The position numbers were made by a program, and so were the translations under genes. A DNA stretch of 64,000 nt, from the NCBI GenBank assembly GCA_046704725.1, contig JBJKRI010000003.1:10107-74106 (forward strand), in the 5' to 3' direction. The notes below the pieces were generated by a model, which saw nothing but the letters and a program-made list of their open reading frames with translations, ran no database searches and was not told the DNA's origin. Each line of letters opens with the position of its first letter. Positions within the stretch are counted from its first letter, which is position 1. Origin of the DNA: Candidatus Woesearchaeota archaeon (GTDB lineage: Archaea; Nanobdellota; Nanobdellia; Woesearchaeales; SKIA01). Positions 62,932 through 64,000 of this stretch are shown here, one piece after another.

Positions 62932-64000
62932 GTGGCTTTCGAGGCTTTCGGTCACCGCGCCCCCACCGGCCATGATCCGGTGGACCGTTTCCACGAGCAG
63001 GTCGGGTCGGCGCAACTCTTCATTCTCGTCGTGATCACGGTGTTCACGTTCGGCTGGGACCTGTGGGTGAACAACTTCCGCCGTCTCGGGGGCTCGACCG
63101 CATCGAACATCGCGTTCTTCTTCATCTACCTGCTCGTCGGCATCATGCTCTACTGGTTCATCAATGGGAACCTCTCGAGCTGGGACCCCAAGACATTCTG
63201 GTTCATCGTGCGCCGGTTCGCTTTCGTGTTCTTCGTGCCGTACATCTTGCACGCCATCAGGCAGCCCTCGCTCACGGGTTACGCGAGCTTCCTCCCCGTT
63301 GTCGGGGCGTACCTGCTCGCTATGGTGACAAGCGCGTATCTTCCCTTGATCGTCATGTACTACGCCGGCTTCACGCACTACGTGCTCGACCAGGCGAGCC
63401 ATCGCTGGAAGGCGGCGTACTACCTCAACAACCTCATTACGCTGTTCGTCATCCTGTTGATTTTCGTCCCGCTTTTCACCGCGCTCGCCTCCTCGCCGCA
63501 ATTGCAGCGGTACGGTGTGTCGGGGGAGCAGGTGCCCGGTTTCTCGCAGATGTTCTCCGACTCCTGGCACTTCATCACAGGAACGTATCATAAGGTGGTC
63601 AGCGGCGTGCAGAACAAGGTGAACCAGACGCTCCAGCCGATCACGTACACCGGCACGGTCGAGCAGAACCAAGGAGCCCAATTGGGTGTCTTCATCACTG
63701 ACGTCAATCCGATCAAGGACGTCTTTGTCATCGACCAGGCGAAGGATGGCACGCGCAGCATCGGCCAGGACAAGAACGTGCAGTTCTTCGGCACGGTGAA
63801 GGCCCGCACGCTCGCGAACGACTTCCCGCTGCAGCTGAGTTGCCTGTACACTTGGCAGGGCGGGAAGCAGCCCGTCACTGTCCCTGCGCAACCGTCGCAC
63901 CTGACGGTGCCGTTCACAGGGAGCAATGGCCTTGAGCAGTTCCCGTTCAACTGCAGGATCCCCATGAGCTCGTTGCCGTACGCGGACGCGAACGGCCTGA
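62932..64000 (+). CDS. Multi-pass membrane protein, 5' partial view. Continues beyond the window end.
   Basis: Frame missing from the ORF track because it has no stop. Hand translation from GTG 62932 gives LFILVVITVFTFGWDLWVNNF...IAFFFIYLLVGIMLYWFING... with no stops to position 64000. Confidence 0.45.
   Translation, partial: MAFEAFGHRAPTGHDPVDRFHEQVGSAQLFILVVITVFTFGWDLWVNNFRRLGGSTASNIAFFFIYLLVGIMLYWFINGNLSSWDPKTFWFIVRRFAFVFFVPYILHAIRQPSLTGYASFLPVVGAYLLAMVTSAYLPLIVMYYAGFTHYVLDQASHRWKAAYYLNNLITLFVILLIFVPLFTALASSPQLQRYGVSGEQVPGFSQMFSDSWHFITGTYHKVVSGVQNKVNQTLQPITYTGTVEQNQGAQLGVFITDVNPIKDVFVIDQAKDGTRSIGQDKNVQFFGTVKARTLANDFPLQLSCLYTWQGGKQPVTVPAQPSHLTVPFTGSNGLEQFPFNCRIPMSSLPYADANGL

Overview
GC-rich (mid-60s % by eye) archaeal chromosomal segment. 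D-family DNA polymerase, Orc1/Cdc6, MCM, TBP, Hef and e-type ribosomal proteins place it in a non-crenarchaeal, probably uncultivated lineage. A fused primase and missing adk/cmk hint at a reduced genome. Four blocks: (1) 1-12 kb housekeeping genes: TBP, MCM, a propeptide-less proteasome-beta/HslV-like Ntn peptidase, an RPA2-like OB/winged-helix protein, cdd, ThiI. (2) 12-19 kb: an eight-gene minus-strand cluster with overlapping starts and stops (M50-like protease, TraB, FAD oxidase, MazG, CCG Fe-S protein, hypotheticals) under a TrmB regulator. (3) 19-35 kb replication island: candidate oriC, cdc6, polD small and large subunits (all ATGA-coupled), a small Toprim protein, aIF2-beta, Hef, an M24 peptidase, and a 505-aa PriS primase with a long C-terminal extension. 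(4) 37.5-53.9 kb ribosomal-protein superoperon (L3 to L15, SUI1, RNase P p29, SecY, DUF106, L34e, L14e), followed by pheST, a second TrmB, Pelota and membrane proteins. No rRNA, tRNA, CRISPR, transposase or integrase was found. Most unusual are histone-H1-like Lys/Ala/Pro tails on L4, L22 and S5 that share a near-identical ~45-nt DNA module, and a C-terminal (HhH)2 domain on S5. Also notable: an antisense NUDIX gene between L15 and secY, loss of adk/cmk from the secY neighbourhood, and two AT-rich small-gene islands (25.5 kb and 58.3 kb). Many long Arg-rich ORFs in the supplied track are shadow ORFs typical of high-GC DNA. Several real starts are internal to track ORFs or use GTG.
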